A stretch of 64,000 nucleotides of DNA, taken from contig CAWIPH010000002.1 of the NCBI GenBank assembly GCA_963837955.1, positions 3,488,001 to 3,552,000 of the forward strand, read 5' to 3'. The stretch comes from an uncultured Verrucomicrobiae bacterium (GTDB taxonomy: Bacteria; Verrucomicrobiota; Verrucomicrobiia; Chthoniobacterales; JAFAMB01). The translations under genes were made by a program, and so were the position numbers. A model generated the notes under the pieces. It had not been told where the DNA came from, made no database searches, and saw nothing but the letters and a program-made list of their open reading frames with translations. Positions 52,479 to 63,008 of this stretch are shown here, piece by piece (the first letter of the stretch is position 1; every line of letters begins with the position of its first letter).

Positions 52479-53978
52479 ATGTACTCCGAACATCAACCTG
52501 GGCTGTTCCACGAATCCAGTCCCACGGTCACGCTGCCCGCGCCCTCGAGGAACGGGAGTAGCAGCTACGTTAAGAATTACGTTCTGGATACCAATGTCCT
52601 GCTGCACGACCCCCATTGTGTATATCGGTTTGCTGACAATCATGTCTGGATTCCGATCGAGGTGCTTAGCGAAATGGACAAATTCAAGAACGAGCAGACT
52701 GAGCGCGGCGCTAACGCACGGACGGTCCACCGTTTTCTGACTCGTTGTTTCAACCAGAATAGCCGGCTGGTTACGCGCGGAGCAAAGACTCCAGGGGGCG
52801 GCACCATCCGGATTGCCGTGAATGAGTTTCTTCCTGTTCTTCGGACCAATAAAGAGTTTCGGCGGTTTCACCAAGTGTTTCGAGACCTCGATCATCCGGA
52901 CAATAGGATTCTGGCCTTCTGTCTTTATGTGAAGAACAAGCATCCAGAGCGCACGATTCTGGTCACGAAAGACCTGAACATGCAGCTGAAAGCGCTAGCC
53001 ATCGGCTTGGAGGCTCAAGATTACGAAAACGACAAGGTCGAGGTTACCGACGTTGAAGACTACGCCCAGCGATCGATCGAAATCGATCCACGAAGTTTGC
53101 AGCGTTTCGCTAGTTCACGGGAGCTACAGTTGGATGAAAAGGCAGCTGAGGGCCTGTACCTCAACGAGTACGTATTCCTTTCCGGTGGAGATCACAAACT
53201 CATGCCGGCTCGCCACGTCGGCGGCGGGCTTTGCCGTCGACTCAATTTACCGCCTGCCCTGACCAACCCTCGTGGGATTCATCTCAAGCCAATGAACCTC
53301 GGGCAGCAATGTCTGTTGGATGCTTTGCTCGACCCTGAAATCGCGCTCGTGACCTGCTATGGACAGGCCGGAACAGGTAAAACGCTTTTGGCGGTGGCGG
53401 CTGGTCTCCACCTATTCTGGTCCAATATTTTCAGCGGCATATTAGTGAGCCGTCCCGTCATTTCCATGGGAGACACGTTAGGCTACTTGCCCGGAACGCT
53501 GAACGAGAAAATGAAACCGTGGCTGCAATCAATCTATGATGCGTTTGAGCTTTTACTTCCGGCCACACCCCTAACCGACTCCGGAAAGCGAAATAGAAAA
53601 AGTAGACCGAGCGAAGTCCACCCAGCGACGACGCCGCAGCTCAAGCCATACGAACAACTGATCGAGCAAGGAATCGTCGAAATAGAAGCCCTTTGCTATA
53701 TCCGCGGTAGATCGATCCCCAATCGATATTTCGTCTTGGACGAAGCACAACAATTGACACCGCTCGAAGCCAAAACAGTGGTCACCCGCATGTCCAAAGG
53801 CTCAAAATTAGTAATGGTTGGGGATCCGGCCCAGATCGACAATCCATACGTCGACAGCCGTTCAAACGGTCTCGTTTATACGCGTAATCGGCTGAAAGAT
53901 CAGGGGATCACTGCCCATGTTTGCCTGACCAAGGGTGAGCGCAGCCCGCTGGCTGAAGCTGGTGCCTCCTTAATGTAA
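52479..53978 (+). CDS. PIN-domain + PhoH-family ATPase (PhoH2/YlaK-like)
   Basis: YVLDTNVLLHDP, DNRIL, VTKDLNM; GQAGTGKT, IRGRS, LDEAQQLT, GERSPLA. Confidence 0.92.
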   Translation: MYSEHQPGLFHESSPTVTLPAPSRNGSSSYVKNYVLDTNVLLHDPHCVYRFADNHVWIPIEVLSEMDKFKNEQTERGANARTVHRFLTRCFNQNSRLVTRGAKTPGGGTIRIAVNEFLPVLRTNKEFRRFHQVFRDLDHPDNRILAFCLYVKNKHPERTILVTKDLNMQLKALAIGLEAQDYENDKVEVTDVEDYAQRSIEIDPRSLQRFASSRELQLDEKAAEGLYLNEYVFLSGGDHKLMPARHVGGGLCRRLNLPPALTNPRGIHLKPMNLGQQCLLDALLDPEIALVTCYGQAGTGKTLLAVAAGLHLFWSNIFSGILVSRPVISMGDTLGYLPGTLNEKMKPWLQSIYDAFELLLPATPLTDSGKRNRKSRPSEVHPATTPQLKPYEQLIEQGIVEIEALCYIRGRSIPNRYFVLDEAQQLTPLEAKTVVTRMSKGSKLVMVGDPAQIDNPYVDSRSNGLVYTRNRLKDQGITAHVCLTKGERSPLAEAGASLM

Positions 53979-54336
53979 GGGTGCAGTCTTCCTGGGCGGT
54001 AGCTTGGCGCCGATCCGCGCCCCATCGTTGGGGAATACAGATGAGGCTGGGCATTTGATTTTCCATAGAACTATTGAAATTCAAATGGATCAAATCACCC
54101 AAAGGCACTAGAGCTGGACAAATGCGATTCCAGCGAGGGGCATCGATCCCATGATGAGGGAAAGAGAGTTGGAGCAGAAGCCGGACGGCTGTGCCTAGGG
54201 GAGATTTGTGAGGCGAACCCGCAACCACCAGATTTGTGGTTGCGATATCGGAAACCCGCCTCACCTTAGTCCGGCTGCGAAAACCGCGACTTTGATTTGT
54301 GTGACTGCGTTAAACGTGTCTTCGGCTTAATCGCGC

Positions 54337-57300
54337 ATGCCTAACCTATCCAGACCGTTTATCGAAAGGCCGAAGGCGACGGTGTTGCTTGTAGCCGGCT
54401 TCTTTTTGTTGGGCGTAATGGCTTACTTTCAGCTGCAGATCTCCTCTCTCCCCGACGTGGATTTTCCGACGATCAACGTATGGGCGACGATGCCGGGAGC
54501 CAGCGCGGAAAACATGGCTAGTTCGATCGCCGGCCCGCTGGAGCGGGCCCTCTCCAATGTGCCGAACGTCACTTCAATGACGTCTTCGAGCAGCCTCTCC
54601 CAGACCGACATCACCCTGCAATTTTCGTTGGAGCGAAACATTGATGCAGCGGCGCAGGACGTCCAAGCAGCCATAAACTCGGCCAGCGGTCTACCCAAGG
54701 ACCTGCCGAGCCCGCCATCCTACGAAAAGGTCAATCCCAGTGCTTTTTCGATCATCTCCTTGGCCGCGACATCGGACACGATGCCGCTCCCGGAGGTATA
54801 TGACTATGTCGATAACGTCATAGCCCGGGCGTTGTCCCAATTTCCCGGAGTCGGTGTGGTGGACTATCATGGGGACCAGGTTCCGGCCATACGTGTACAG
54901 GTAAATCCGACTGCTTTGGCCGCTCATGGCTTGGACTTGGAGGACGTCCGCGTCGCTTTGGCCGGTTCAACCGTAGACCGCCCGAAAGGAACGTTGGACA
55001 GCGAAAAGAAAACGCTCCTTATCGCGGCGAACGACCAACTGTTGAAGGCTCAGCCCTACAACGATCAGATCATCGCATGGCGCAACGGGTCGCCTGTTCG
55101 GGTTCGGGACATCGGTCAAGCGATTGATGCGACCGAAGAATCAAAGACCGGTGCGTGGGCTCAGCAAAGCAGGGCGATCATCATCGACATTCACAAGCAA
55201 ATCGGAGCTAAGGTCAACGTTCCGACGCTGGTTGACCAGATTAAGGCGGCTTTACCGGCATTAGAGGCATCTGTCCCGGCAGCAATCAAACTCCAGGTAG
55301 TTGCCGATCGGACGCGGACAATCCGCGCCTCCGTGATGGAGGTCGAAAAGACACTCTTGATCACGGTAGGCTTAGTCGCTCTGGTCATCTTACTCTTTCT
55401 GCGAAACGTCACAGCGACGCTCATCCCGGCGATTTCCATCCCGCTTTCTCTCATCGGGACCTTCATCTTCATGTACCTGTTCGGTTACAGCCTCGACAAC
55501 ATTTCGTTGATGGGTCTCACCATCGCCGTTGGTTTCGTCGTCGACGACGCGATTGTTGTGATGGAAAACGTGATGCGTCATGTCGAAATGGGAAAGTCAA
55601 GACTCCAGGCCGCTATCGACGGCGCCGGCGAGGTCGGGTTTACCTTGCTATCAATGACACTGTCCCTGATAGCAGCTTTTCTTCCGCTTCTCTTAATGGG
55701 AGGTGTCATTGGGCGGCTTTTTCGAGAATTCTCGGTCGTTGTTTGTGTCGCGATTATTCTTTCCGGAGCGATCTCGATCACGCAGACGGCGGTGGCATGC
55801 AGGCTCTTCCTGAGCCGCAACAAAGATGCTCCTAGAAGACCCAGCTATCGTGCCATCGAAGCGGGCGAGAAATGGTTGCTCAGTTTTTATCGGACCGGCC
55901 TCTCCTGGGTGCTCAGACATAAGCGGTGGGGGTTGATCGCAACGATCGGAATGTTCTTGGGCTCAGTCTATCTGTTTATCATCATACCCAAGGGGTTCGT
56001 GCCGGAGCAAGACAACGGCCTGATCAGCGCCTCGACCGAAGCAGCACCCGATATTTCGTTCGCCGAGATGACGCGAAAAAATCAGCAATTAGCTGAAATC
56101 GTGAGCCAGGATGCTGATGTTGCCAATGTTTACAGTTATGTCGAAACGCATCCTGCGACGAACAACGGCCGGTTAATGATTAACCTGAAATCATTCGACC
56201 AGAGAAAAGCTACCGCAAGGGAGATTATCGCCCGCCTTCGCCCTAAGCTCAAAACAGTACCGGGTATTAGGGTGTTCATGAAGCCTGTGCAGGAAATCCA
56301 AATCGGCGGCGGCGGGAAAACTCAATATCAGTATGTTGTGCAGGGCAGCGACGTTACCCAGCTATACAAATGGGCACAAATCTATGAGGAGAAACTACAA
56401 TCGTTGCCGCAGTTAGAAGACGTAGCTAGCGATCTAAATCCATCAGCGCCTTCTGTGACGGTGGTTGTTGATAGAGATAAAGCTGCCCGGTACGGGATTT
56501 TGCCCGATAGCGTGGATCAGATTCTCTACGATGCTTTCGGACAACGCCAAGTGGCGACAATTTTTAGCCCACTGAGCCAGCACAAAGTTATCTTGGAGGT
56601 CCCGCCAAGCTGGCACCTGGATGCCACTGCCTTACAAGCTATTCGGATAAAGTCGCCGAACACTGGGCAGCAGATCCCGCTGGACACCATCGCCCGTCTG
56701 GAACATTCCTTTACCCCGCTGGCAATCAATCACCTCGGCCCCTTTCCTTCTGTAACATTGTCTTTCAACCTGGCATCCGGGGCTTCACTCAGCGATGCGG
56801 TCGCGGCCATCCGAAAGCTGGAGCTGGGAATCGATAAACCCAGCAGCGTAAGAACCTCGTTCCAAGGTTCGGCGCAAGCCTTTCAAAATTCGATTGCTAG
56901 CCAGCCGATCCTGATCATCGCTGCTATTCTCGTCGTGTATATTATCTTGGGCGTACTGTATGAGAGTTTCATCCACCCGATTACTATCCTCTCATCGTTG
57001 CCATCGGCGACATTCGGAGCATTGCTGGCGATGTGGCTTCTCCACTACGATTTGTCTGTCATCACGCTAATCGGGCTCATCTTGCTGGTCGGTATTGTTA
57101 AAAAGAATGCGATCATGATGGTTGATGTGGCACTGAGCCTGCAGAGAGAGCAAAAACTGGGCGCTGAAGAAGCGATCTTCAGAGCCAGCTTGCTCCGGTT
57201 TCGCCCGATCATGATGACGACGATGTGTGCCTTGCTGGGCGCCATACCGTTGGTGATCTCAAGTGGCGCTGGTTCCGAACTGAGACGTCCCCTCGGAGTC

Positions 57301-57468
57301 GCGGTCATTGGTGGCCTGCTTGTTTCGCAATTTGTAACTCTCTATACGGTACCCATTATATTCCTGAACATGGACAAACTGGCAGGCTGGTCGAGACGCC
57401 GGAAGGGCAGAGGTGTTCAAGTATCGCCAACGAAGGCACCCTCTCTGGAAGAAGTCGTAACTTCATAG
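54337..57468 (+). CDS. RND efflux permease (MdtB/MdtC-like)
   Basis: FIERP, LPDVDFPTI, GFVVDDAIVVMEN, GIVKKNAIMMVD, RFRPIMMTT. Confidence 0.95.
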   Translation: MPNLSRPFIERPKATVLLVAGFFLLGVMAYFQLQISSLPDVDFPTINVWATMPGASAENMASSIAGPLERALSNVPNVTSMTSSSSLSQTDITLQFSLERNIDAAAQDVQAAINSASGLPKDLPSPPSYEKVNPSAFSIISLAATSDTMPLPEVYDYVDNVIARALSQFPGVGVVDYHGDQVPAIRVQVNPTALAAHGLDLEDVRVALAGSTVDRPKGTLDSEKKTLLIAANDQLLKAQPYNDQIIAWRNGSPVRVRDIGQAIDATEESKTGAWAQQSRAIIIDIHKQIGAKVNVPTLVDQIKAALPALEASVPAAIKLQVVADRTRTIRASVMEVEKTLLITVGLVALVILLFLRNVTATLIPAISIPLSLIGTFIFMYLFGYSLDNISLMGLTIAVGFVVDDAIVVMENVMRHVEMGKSRLQAAIDGAGEVGFTLLSMTLSLIAAFLPLLLMGGVIGRLFREFSVVVCVAIILSGAISITQTAVACRLFLSRNKDAPRRPSYRAIEAGEKWLLSFYRTGLSWVLRHKRWGLIATIGMFLGSVYLFIIIPKGFVPEQDNGLISASTEAAPDISFAEMTRKNQQLAEIVSQDADVANVYSYVETHPATNNGRLMINLKSFDQRKATAREIIARLRPKLKTVPGIRVFMKPVQEIQIGGGGKTQYQYVVQGSDVTQLYKWAQIYEEKLQSLPQLEDVASDLNPSAPSVTVVVDRDKAARYGILPDSVDQILYDAFGQRQVATIFSPLSQHKVILEVPPSWHLDATALQAIRIKSPNTGQQIPLDTIARLEHSFTPLAINHLGPFPSVTLSFNLASGASLSDAVAAIRKLELGIDKPSSVRTSFQGSAQAFQNSIASQPILIIAAILVVYIILGVLYESFIHPITILSSLPSATFGALLAMWLLHYDLSVITLIGLILLVGIVKKNAIMMVDVALSLQREQKLGAEEAIFRASLLRFRPIMMTTMCALLGAIPLVISSGAGSELRRPLGVAVIGGLLVSQFVTLYTVPIIFLNMDKLAGWSRRRKGRGVQVSPTKAPSLEEVVTS

Positions 57469-57482
57469 CGAAGGGACCTCTG

Positions 57483-58616
57483 ATGCGCGGACGAAGTCTT
57501 ATTTGGTTAACAGTCTTGGCTCTTGCGGCTATCATAGTCGGGTTTGTCTGGTTAACTTCTTCGCGTCCGTCCTCGGTGAAATCAGCAGCCGATGATACTA
57601 TTCCGGTGGTAACCGGAAAAGTCCGCCGCCAAGACGTGCCGGTGTACCTAAACGGGTTGGGAAAGGTTCAAGCATTGAACACCGTGACGGTGCGGGCCCA
57701 GGTTGATGGAAAGATCATGCAAGTCAGTTTCCACGAAGGTCAAGAGGTCCGGGTGGGTGATGTGTTAATACAGATTGATCCACGACCGTATCAGGCGGCG
57801 CTGGACCAAGCTGTGGCTAAACAAAATCAAGACCAAGCTCAACTCGGCTATGCGCAGAAAGTGCTCGACCGAGACACTGGTTTGTTTAGCAAGAAGATAC
57901 TTGACCAACAGTCACTCGACCTGCAGCAAGCGACGACAGCTCAGCTTGAGGCGTTGGTAAAAGCAGATGAAGCGGCGGTGTCGAACGCCAAGGTTCAATT
58001 GGAATTCACCAAAATAACTTCTCCGATTGACGGGAGAGTTGGGCTTCGATTGGTTGACCAGGGTAATATTGTTCACGCTAACGACCAAACAGGTCTGGTA
58101 ATGATCACCCAAATCCAGCCGCTCTCGGTCGTCTTTACGCTGCCAGAAAGCAATTTACGAGAGATTACCAATAGAGTGGCTCCTGGTGCAGGATACGACA
58201 CATTCAAGGTGGCAGCCATGGACCGGGAGAATGATCAGATTCTGGATCAAGGAGAGCTAGGCGCTGTCGATAACCAGATCGATGAAACAACCGGCACAAT
58301 CAAGCTAAAGGCCGTTTTCAAGAATCAAGAACTCAAACTATGGCCGGGCCAATTTGTAAACGTGCGCCTGCTTATAGATACCCGAAGACAGGGATTGGTT
58401 CTTCCTTCCACGGCAATCAACCAGGGACCAAACGGCGATTTCGTCTATGTGATCCGGCCCGATCTTACGGCCGAAGTCAGGCCAGTCAAAGTGGGCGGCA
58501 CCGAAGAAGGCCTAACGCTCATCGAGCATGGTGTGGCAGAGGGCGAGAATGCGGTTGTCGACGGCCAATATCTGCTGAAATCGAACGCTCACGTTCGATT
58601 AAAGAATGCGGAATGA
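57483..58616 (+). CDS. RND membrane fusion protein (MdtA-like)
   Basis: LNGLGKVQALNTVTVRAQVDG, IDPRPYQ, SPIDGRVGLRLVD, LWPGQFVNVRL. Confidence 0.95.
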   Translation: MRGRSLIWLTVLALAAIIVGFVWLTSSRPSSVKSAADDTIPVVTGKVRRQDVPVYLNGLGKVQALNTVTVRAQVDGKIMQVSFHEGQEVRVGDVLIQIDPRPYQAALDQAVAKQNQDQAQLGYAQKVLDRDTGLFSKKILDQQSLDLQQATTAQLEALVKADEAAVSNAKVQLEFTKITSPIDGRVGLRLVDQGNIVHANDQTGLVMITQIQPLSVVFTLPESNLREITNRVAPGAGYDTFKVAAMDRENDQILDQGELGAVDNQIDETTGTIKLKAVFKNQELKLWPGQFVNVRLLIDTRRQGLVLPSTAINQGPNGDFVYVIRPDLTAEVRPVKVGGTEEGLTLIEHGVAEGENAVVDGQYLLKSNAHVRLKNAE

Positions 58617-58782
58617 AGCCGCCGGCGTCTGTTTCAATGCCAAGAATTAACCAATGCGCCCTGGCGGATTTACGAAGCGAGGCCAACCGGCCGATTCCAC
58701 GAGAGTACTATGATTTAACCTACGAATGGGGCATGAAGTTTAAGTTTTAGTGAACAACCTCAAATTCCACAACCACATACCT

Positions 58783-59766
58783 ATGAACTTTTCAAAGAGT
58801 TACTCGCTCGCTGCTGTTTTCTTTTCAGTTTACTTACCGACGGTCGCGTTGGCTGAAGGTCCACCGCTGACTCTTGGTCAACCGATTGCCGTTCCTGGTA
58901 CGAAGGGTAAGTTCGACTACCTTCAGGTCGATGAGAAACTGAAACGGCTTCTGGCAGCTCACACCGCTAACGGGACTCTGGACGTCATTAGTCTTCCAGA
59001 TGGAAAACTAATCAAGAGTTTGCGCACGGGAGCGGTGCAAGGGGCCGTGGTCGACGCCGATCACAACAAGTACTACGCGAGTGTGAGCGATCAGAAGAAG
59101 CTTGCCATCATCGATCGGCAGAGCCTCGAGGTAGTTGCTTCGGTAGCCCTCCCCGGCCCGGCAGATTCACTCGCTTACAACCCGAAGAATGGAATGGTTT
59201 ATGTCGGCCATGACGATGGAGAAGATGTTTGGGTCGTTGATCCAGGCGCACAGAAGATCGTGGCGACCATCAAGATTCCGCCCAACCCGGAATTTATTGT
59301 ATACGATCCGGCTACCGACAAACTGTTTCAGAATATCAAATCGCAACCTACCATGCTGGTCATTGAGCCCGGGGCGAATTCGATTGCCGCTTCCTGGTCA
59401 ACCCTGCCAGCCGAGGGTCCTCATGGATTGGCCGTGAATCCCGAAACGCATCGACTGTTCTCCGCCGGAAAGAACGGTAAACTGGTTGTTTTGGACACTG
59501 CTTCCGGGAAATCGATGGGGTCGGTCGATATCGCTGCAGGGGTAGACCAGATCGCGTTTGACCCCGGGAACAAGCGGGTCTACTGCGCCGCCGGTCAGGG
59601 TAAACTCACGGTCGTGCAGGAGACAGAGGAAGGCGTTAAATCGCTAGGCGATGTAGCGACCCCGGCCGGTACGCACACCCTTGCCGTTGATCCGGCGACG
59701 CACTCGGTTTGGATTGCGTTCGCGAAGGGTGAAAGCTCTTACGTGGCAGAGCTGAAAGCGAAGTGA
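58783..59766 (+). CDS. Exported YncE-like beta-propeller
   Basis: Signal peptide, FDYL, repeated P..(L/I).(Y/V/F)(D/N)P blades. Confidence 0.85.
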   Translation: MNFSKSYSLAAVFFSVYLPTVALAEGPPLTLGQPIAVPGTKGKFDYLQVDEKLKRLLAAHTANGTLDVISLPDGKLIKSLRTGAVQGAVVDADHNKYYASVSDQKKLAIIDRQSLEVVASVALPGPADSLAYNPKNGMVYVGHDDGEDVWVVDPGAQKIVATIKIPPNPEFIVYDPATDKLFQNIKSQPTMLVIEPGANSIAASWSTLPAEGPHGLAVNPETHRLFSAGKNGKLVVLDTASGKSMGSVDIAAGVDQIAFDPGNKRVYCAAGQGKLTVVQETEEGVKSLGDVATPAGTHTLAVDPATHSVWIAFAKGESSYVAELKAK

Positions 59767-60148
59767 AGTACCCCTCTCCGGGGGCTGAGAACCAGGTGTC
59801 GGCTCTATTTTGACGCGCATGGGGGCGCTGAGTCCTTCTGCGCTTCGGGGTAGCGAACCAATCCGGAAACCTGAAGTCAGCCCTTATGGGGCCTTCCCTA
59901 GCACCCGTTCCGGCCGATCATCCTGTCTCAAGAGTATTTCAGCCGGCCGCTGGGCTATCTTGGAAGGCACCTTCGGTGCTCGGGCGCATGCCCTTCACCT
60001 AAGGCTTCGTGCTGGAGTTTTCGATTGAGGCAGCTTCAGAAGCTAAAGTCCCAGCCCGCACCCTTACCTGCAATCGTCACTTCCGACCTTTAACCCTTAA
60101 CCTTTACCGTTGCCACCGATCGCATCCTCTTTATTCTGTTCGTCGATC

Positions 60149-60907
60149 ATGAGTTACTCTCCTTTAACCCCCCTGGACGGCCGCATTGCTGTAGTTACCG
60201 GCGGAGCTCGCGGCATTGGATTCGAGACCGCGCGGGCCTTGCGCGAAAACGGAGCAAAGCTTGTCGTTGTTGATATCAATCGCGAGCTCGGGGAAAAAGC
60301 AGCGCATGAGTTTGAAGCTGATTATTTTGCGGTTGACCTGACTAAGCCGGACCAGGTCGCGAAGCTGGCTAGCGACATCGTAGCAAAACATTCGCGCATC
60401 GACATCGCGTTCAACAATGCGGGGATTGCCTGCAACGTCCCTTCGGAGGAATGCAGCACGGAAGACTGGCTCCGAGTGATCGATATCAATCTAAACGCTG
60501 TCTTTTACTGTTGCCGAGAATTCGGCAAGGTCATGCTCCAGCAGGGGAAAGGAAGCATCATCAATACCGCGTCGATGTCAGGTTTGATCTCCAACTATCC
60601 GCAACCACAAGCCGCTTACAATGCTTCTAAGGCCGCAGTTATTATGCTGACAAAGTCGTTAGCGGGCGAATGGGCCAAACGTGGGGTGCGCGTCAATAGT
60701 ATTTCACCTGGCTACATTGGCACCGAAATGACCAAGATTGGCATGGCCCAAAACGACTGGTATAAGTATTGGCTCGACTTTACCCCGATGGGAAGGGTTG
60801 GCGAACCAAGAGAGGTCGCTTCCGCCGTCGTCTTTCTCGCATCCGACGCAAGCAGCTATTTCACTGGTAGTAATTTGGTTATGGATGGCGGATACACGAG
60901 TTGGTAG
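60149..60907 (+). CDS. SDR oxidoreductase (polyol/sugar dehydrogenase-like)
   Basis: [29 protein letters not shown]. Confidence 0.92.
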   Translation: MSYSPLTPLDGRIAVVTGGARGIGFETARALRENGAKLVVVDINRELGEKAAHEFEADYFAVDLTKPDQVAKLASDIVAKHSRIDIAFNNAGIACNVPSEECSTEDWLRVIDINLNAVFYCCREFGKVMLQQGKGSIINTASMSGLISNYPQPQAAYNASKAAVIMLTKSLAGEWAKRGVRVNSISPGYIGTEMTKIGMAQNDWYKYWLDFTPMGRVGEPREVASAVVFLASDASSYFTGSNLVMDGGYTSW

Positions 60908-61008
60908 GAACGTGCCTGGTTCTCCGCCCCCAATATCCTGGGAGGGATCGCAGCCTGTCCGACATAGCTTTTCGATGCATCACGCTGAACGACAGCCTGC
61001 TTATGCGA

Positions 61009-61054
61009 CGTCGGATCCTCGCGATCCGCGGCGCACGAGGACGTGTGCCCTCCC
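61009..61054. repeat. REP-like unit (same family as 24506/26842)
   Basis: CGTCGGATCCTCGCGATCCGCGGCGCACGAGGACGTGTGCCCTCCC. Confidence 0.85.
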
Positions 61055-61134
61055 CCCTTTGGGGGCGAAACCCTGGGCCTATCGGATTGATCAGTATCCG
61101 GTGACGCAACGGTCCAGTCGCCGCCACCGTTTTC

Positions 61135-62145
61135 TCAGAATTTATACTGCCCGATATTCTCTTTGGTGAAAATAATGGGTTGACCCACCGTGATGGTGTC
61201 GCCATTAATCCGCTTCGCTCCAAACGGAGAAGTAAATTCGATAGCCCCTGGTTTCAGCTGCCCTTTGACCAAAGCCTCGCACACATAGATGATTAGTTGT
61301 CCCAGCTCTGGCACGTCCCACAACACTACCGCACTAACCTTTCCGCTCTCCACGAACTGCACCGTCGCTGCCGGAGTACCCAATCCAACCACCCGCACCT
61401 GACCATCTCGATTTGAGCGACTGATCGTTTCAGCACAACTGGTCAACGCGTCGACGCTTAAGGCCCAAACTCCGCGGAGATCAGGATAACCTAACAGCAG
61501 ATTATTGGTTAACTGGATCGCGCCGCTCTGATCCCCGTTGGTTGGTTCAGTTTCGAGAAGATGGATGCCAGGGTAAAGACTCAACCGCTCCTTCATGTAA
61601 GCAATCCAACTGCTCTGATCGACAGCGGCCGAAAAAGTGGTCTCAACGGCTACCTTACCCTCAGGGCTCTCCCCGCCCAACGCTTGGGCCATAGCATCAA
61701 CCAACGCATATCCAAAATCGCGATCGGTGACCTGGTTGATGAAAAAATCCCGTGAGTCTTTGCTTTCGTCGTAATCCCAAGTAACGACTTTGATTCCTTT
61801 CTGCCGAGCCCTCTTCAAGGCGGGTGCAACACTAGGTGGATTAGTGCCCGCCACCGCTAGCACGTCCACCCCTTTGGCAATCATCTGATCGACGAACTGG
61901 GCCTCTTTCTCCGGACTATCGTCCGTTGGGCCGTCATAGAAAAGATCGACGTCATCCAATTCAGCGGAGGCCTTTTTGGCACCTTCATAGATTGCGTTGA
62001 AGTAGGCGGTCCCTTTTTGACGAGAAATCAGCCCAATTCGAGTCTTCTTGATCGGCTGCTCAGCCGGACTGAGAGGTATAGCTAATAGGCAGGCCGAAAC
62101 AAAAATCGATGCTCGCAAACCGCGCAATAACAATAGGTGAGTCAT
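61135..62145 (-). CDS. Sugar ABC substrate-binding protein (RhaS/LsrB-like)
   Basis: YFNAIYEGA, GPT, LKRARQKGIKVVTWD, GLGTP, VLWD..LG, FTKENI; start ATG 62145 inferred. Confidence 0.85.
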   Translation of the reverse strand: MTHLLLLRGLRASIFVSACLLAIPLSPAEQPIKKTRIGLISRQKGTAYFNAIYEGAKKASAELDDVDLFYDGPTDDSPEKEAQFVDQMIAKGVDVLAVAGTNPPSVAPALKRARQKGIKVVTWDYDESKDSRDFFINQVTDRDFGYALVDAMAQALGGESPEGKVAVETTFSAAVDQSSWIAYMKERLSLYPGIHLLETEPTNGDQSGAIQLTNNLLLGYPDLRGVWALSVDALTSCAETISRSNRDGQVRVVGLGTPAATVQFVESGKVSAVVLWDVPELGQLIIYVCEALVKGQLKPGAIEFTSPFGAKRINGDTITVGQPIIFTKENIGQYKF

Positions 62146-62384
62146 CGGAAAACGGGAGTCCCGCAGATTTTTCTCGAGCCGCCTGCTGAAGTCGAGCTTC
62201 GACGGACCAACATTGCAATCTTTTCTTGGAGATAACGAGTATTCTCGCATGTTTGCCTTGCATGTTTGCATCGACCGATCAGAGCGAGAGCTTCAGCAAC
62301 GAACGCGTCGCACTGCATCGCGGAAATTTGATACGCAGCGGCGAGAAATATCGTTTCTTCGCGCAACTCTGATGGCGGCGCTCC

Positions 62385-62954
62385 CTAGAGCGCAGAAGCA
62401 GGTAGACTAGCCGGAAACGTGATTCGCTCGGTCGCCTGCCGAAGCTTGTCGTAAAGAGGACGCAATCCCTGAGGAATAATCCGGGTACCACTGGTCACCG
62501 TCATGAAATTATGGTCCCCCGCCCAGCGCGGCACGATATGAAGGTGCAAATGCGCGTCAACGCCAGCTCCCGCCGCAGCGCCGAGATTCCACCCAATGTT
62601 GAACGCTTCGGCCTTGACCACGTCACGGAGGAGATGCTGTGCGTAAATCGAAAGATCGATCAACTCGAGTTTTTCCGGCGCCGCCAGCTCTTCCAGCGAC
62701 GACACTTCGCGATAAGGAACCGCCATCAAATGACCGGCCGAGTATGGGTAAAGGTTCATTACCAAGAAAGTAGATTTACGACGATAAACGACGAAGTGAT
62801 CAACGTCGTTGGTGCTTTCTGCAGCACGGCGCAGGAAATCGCCGGAGTTATCATTACGCTCAAAATACTCCACTCGCCAAGGCGCCCAGAGCGACTCGAG
62901 AAAAGGCTTCAAATCATCCACCCGACAAGATGAATCCCAATCGGCAACCGCCAA
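62385..62954 (-). CDS. HIT-family hydrolase (Ap4A phosphorylase-like)
   Basis: LWAPWR, NLYPYSAGHLM, AGAGVDAHLHLHIVPRW.GD.NFM; true start probably a little downstream. Confidence 0.92.
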   Translation of the reverse strand: MAVADWDSSCRVDDLKPFLESLWAPWRVEYFERNDNSGDFLRRAAESTNDVDHFVVYRRKSTFLVMNLYPYSAGHLMAVPYREVSSLEELAAPEKLELIDLSIYAQHLLRDVVKAEAFNIGWNLGAAAGAGVDAHLHLHIVPRWAGDHNFMTVTSGTRIIPQGLRPLYDKLRQATERITFPASLPASAL

Positions 62955-63008
62955 CCAGAATTTTACGTCTTCCCACGCGGCCGCCAGGCGCGACAGTTGA
63001 ACGGGGTG

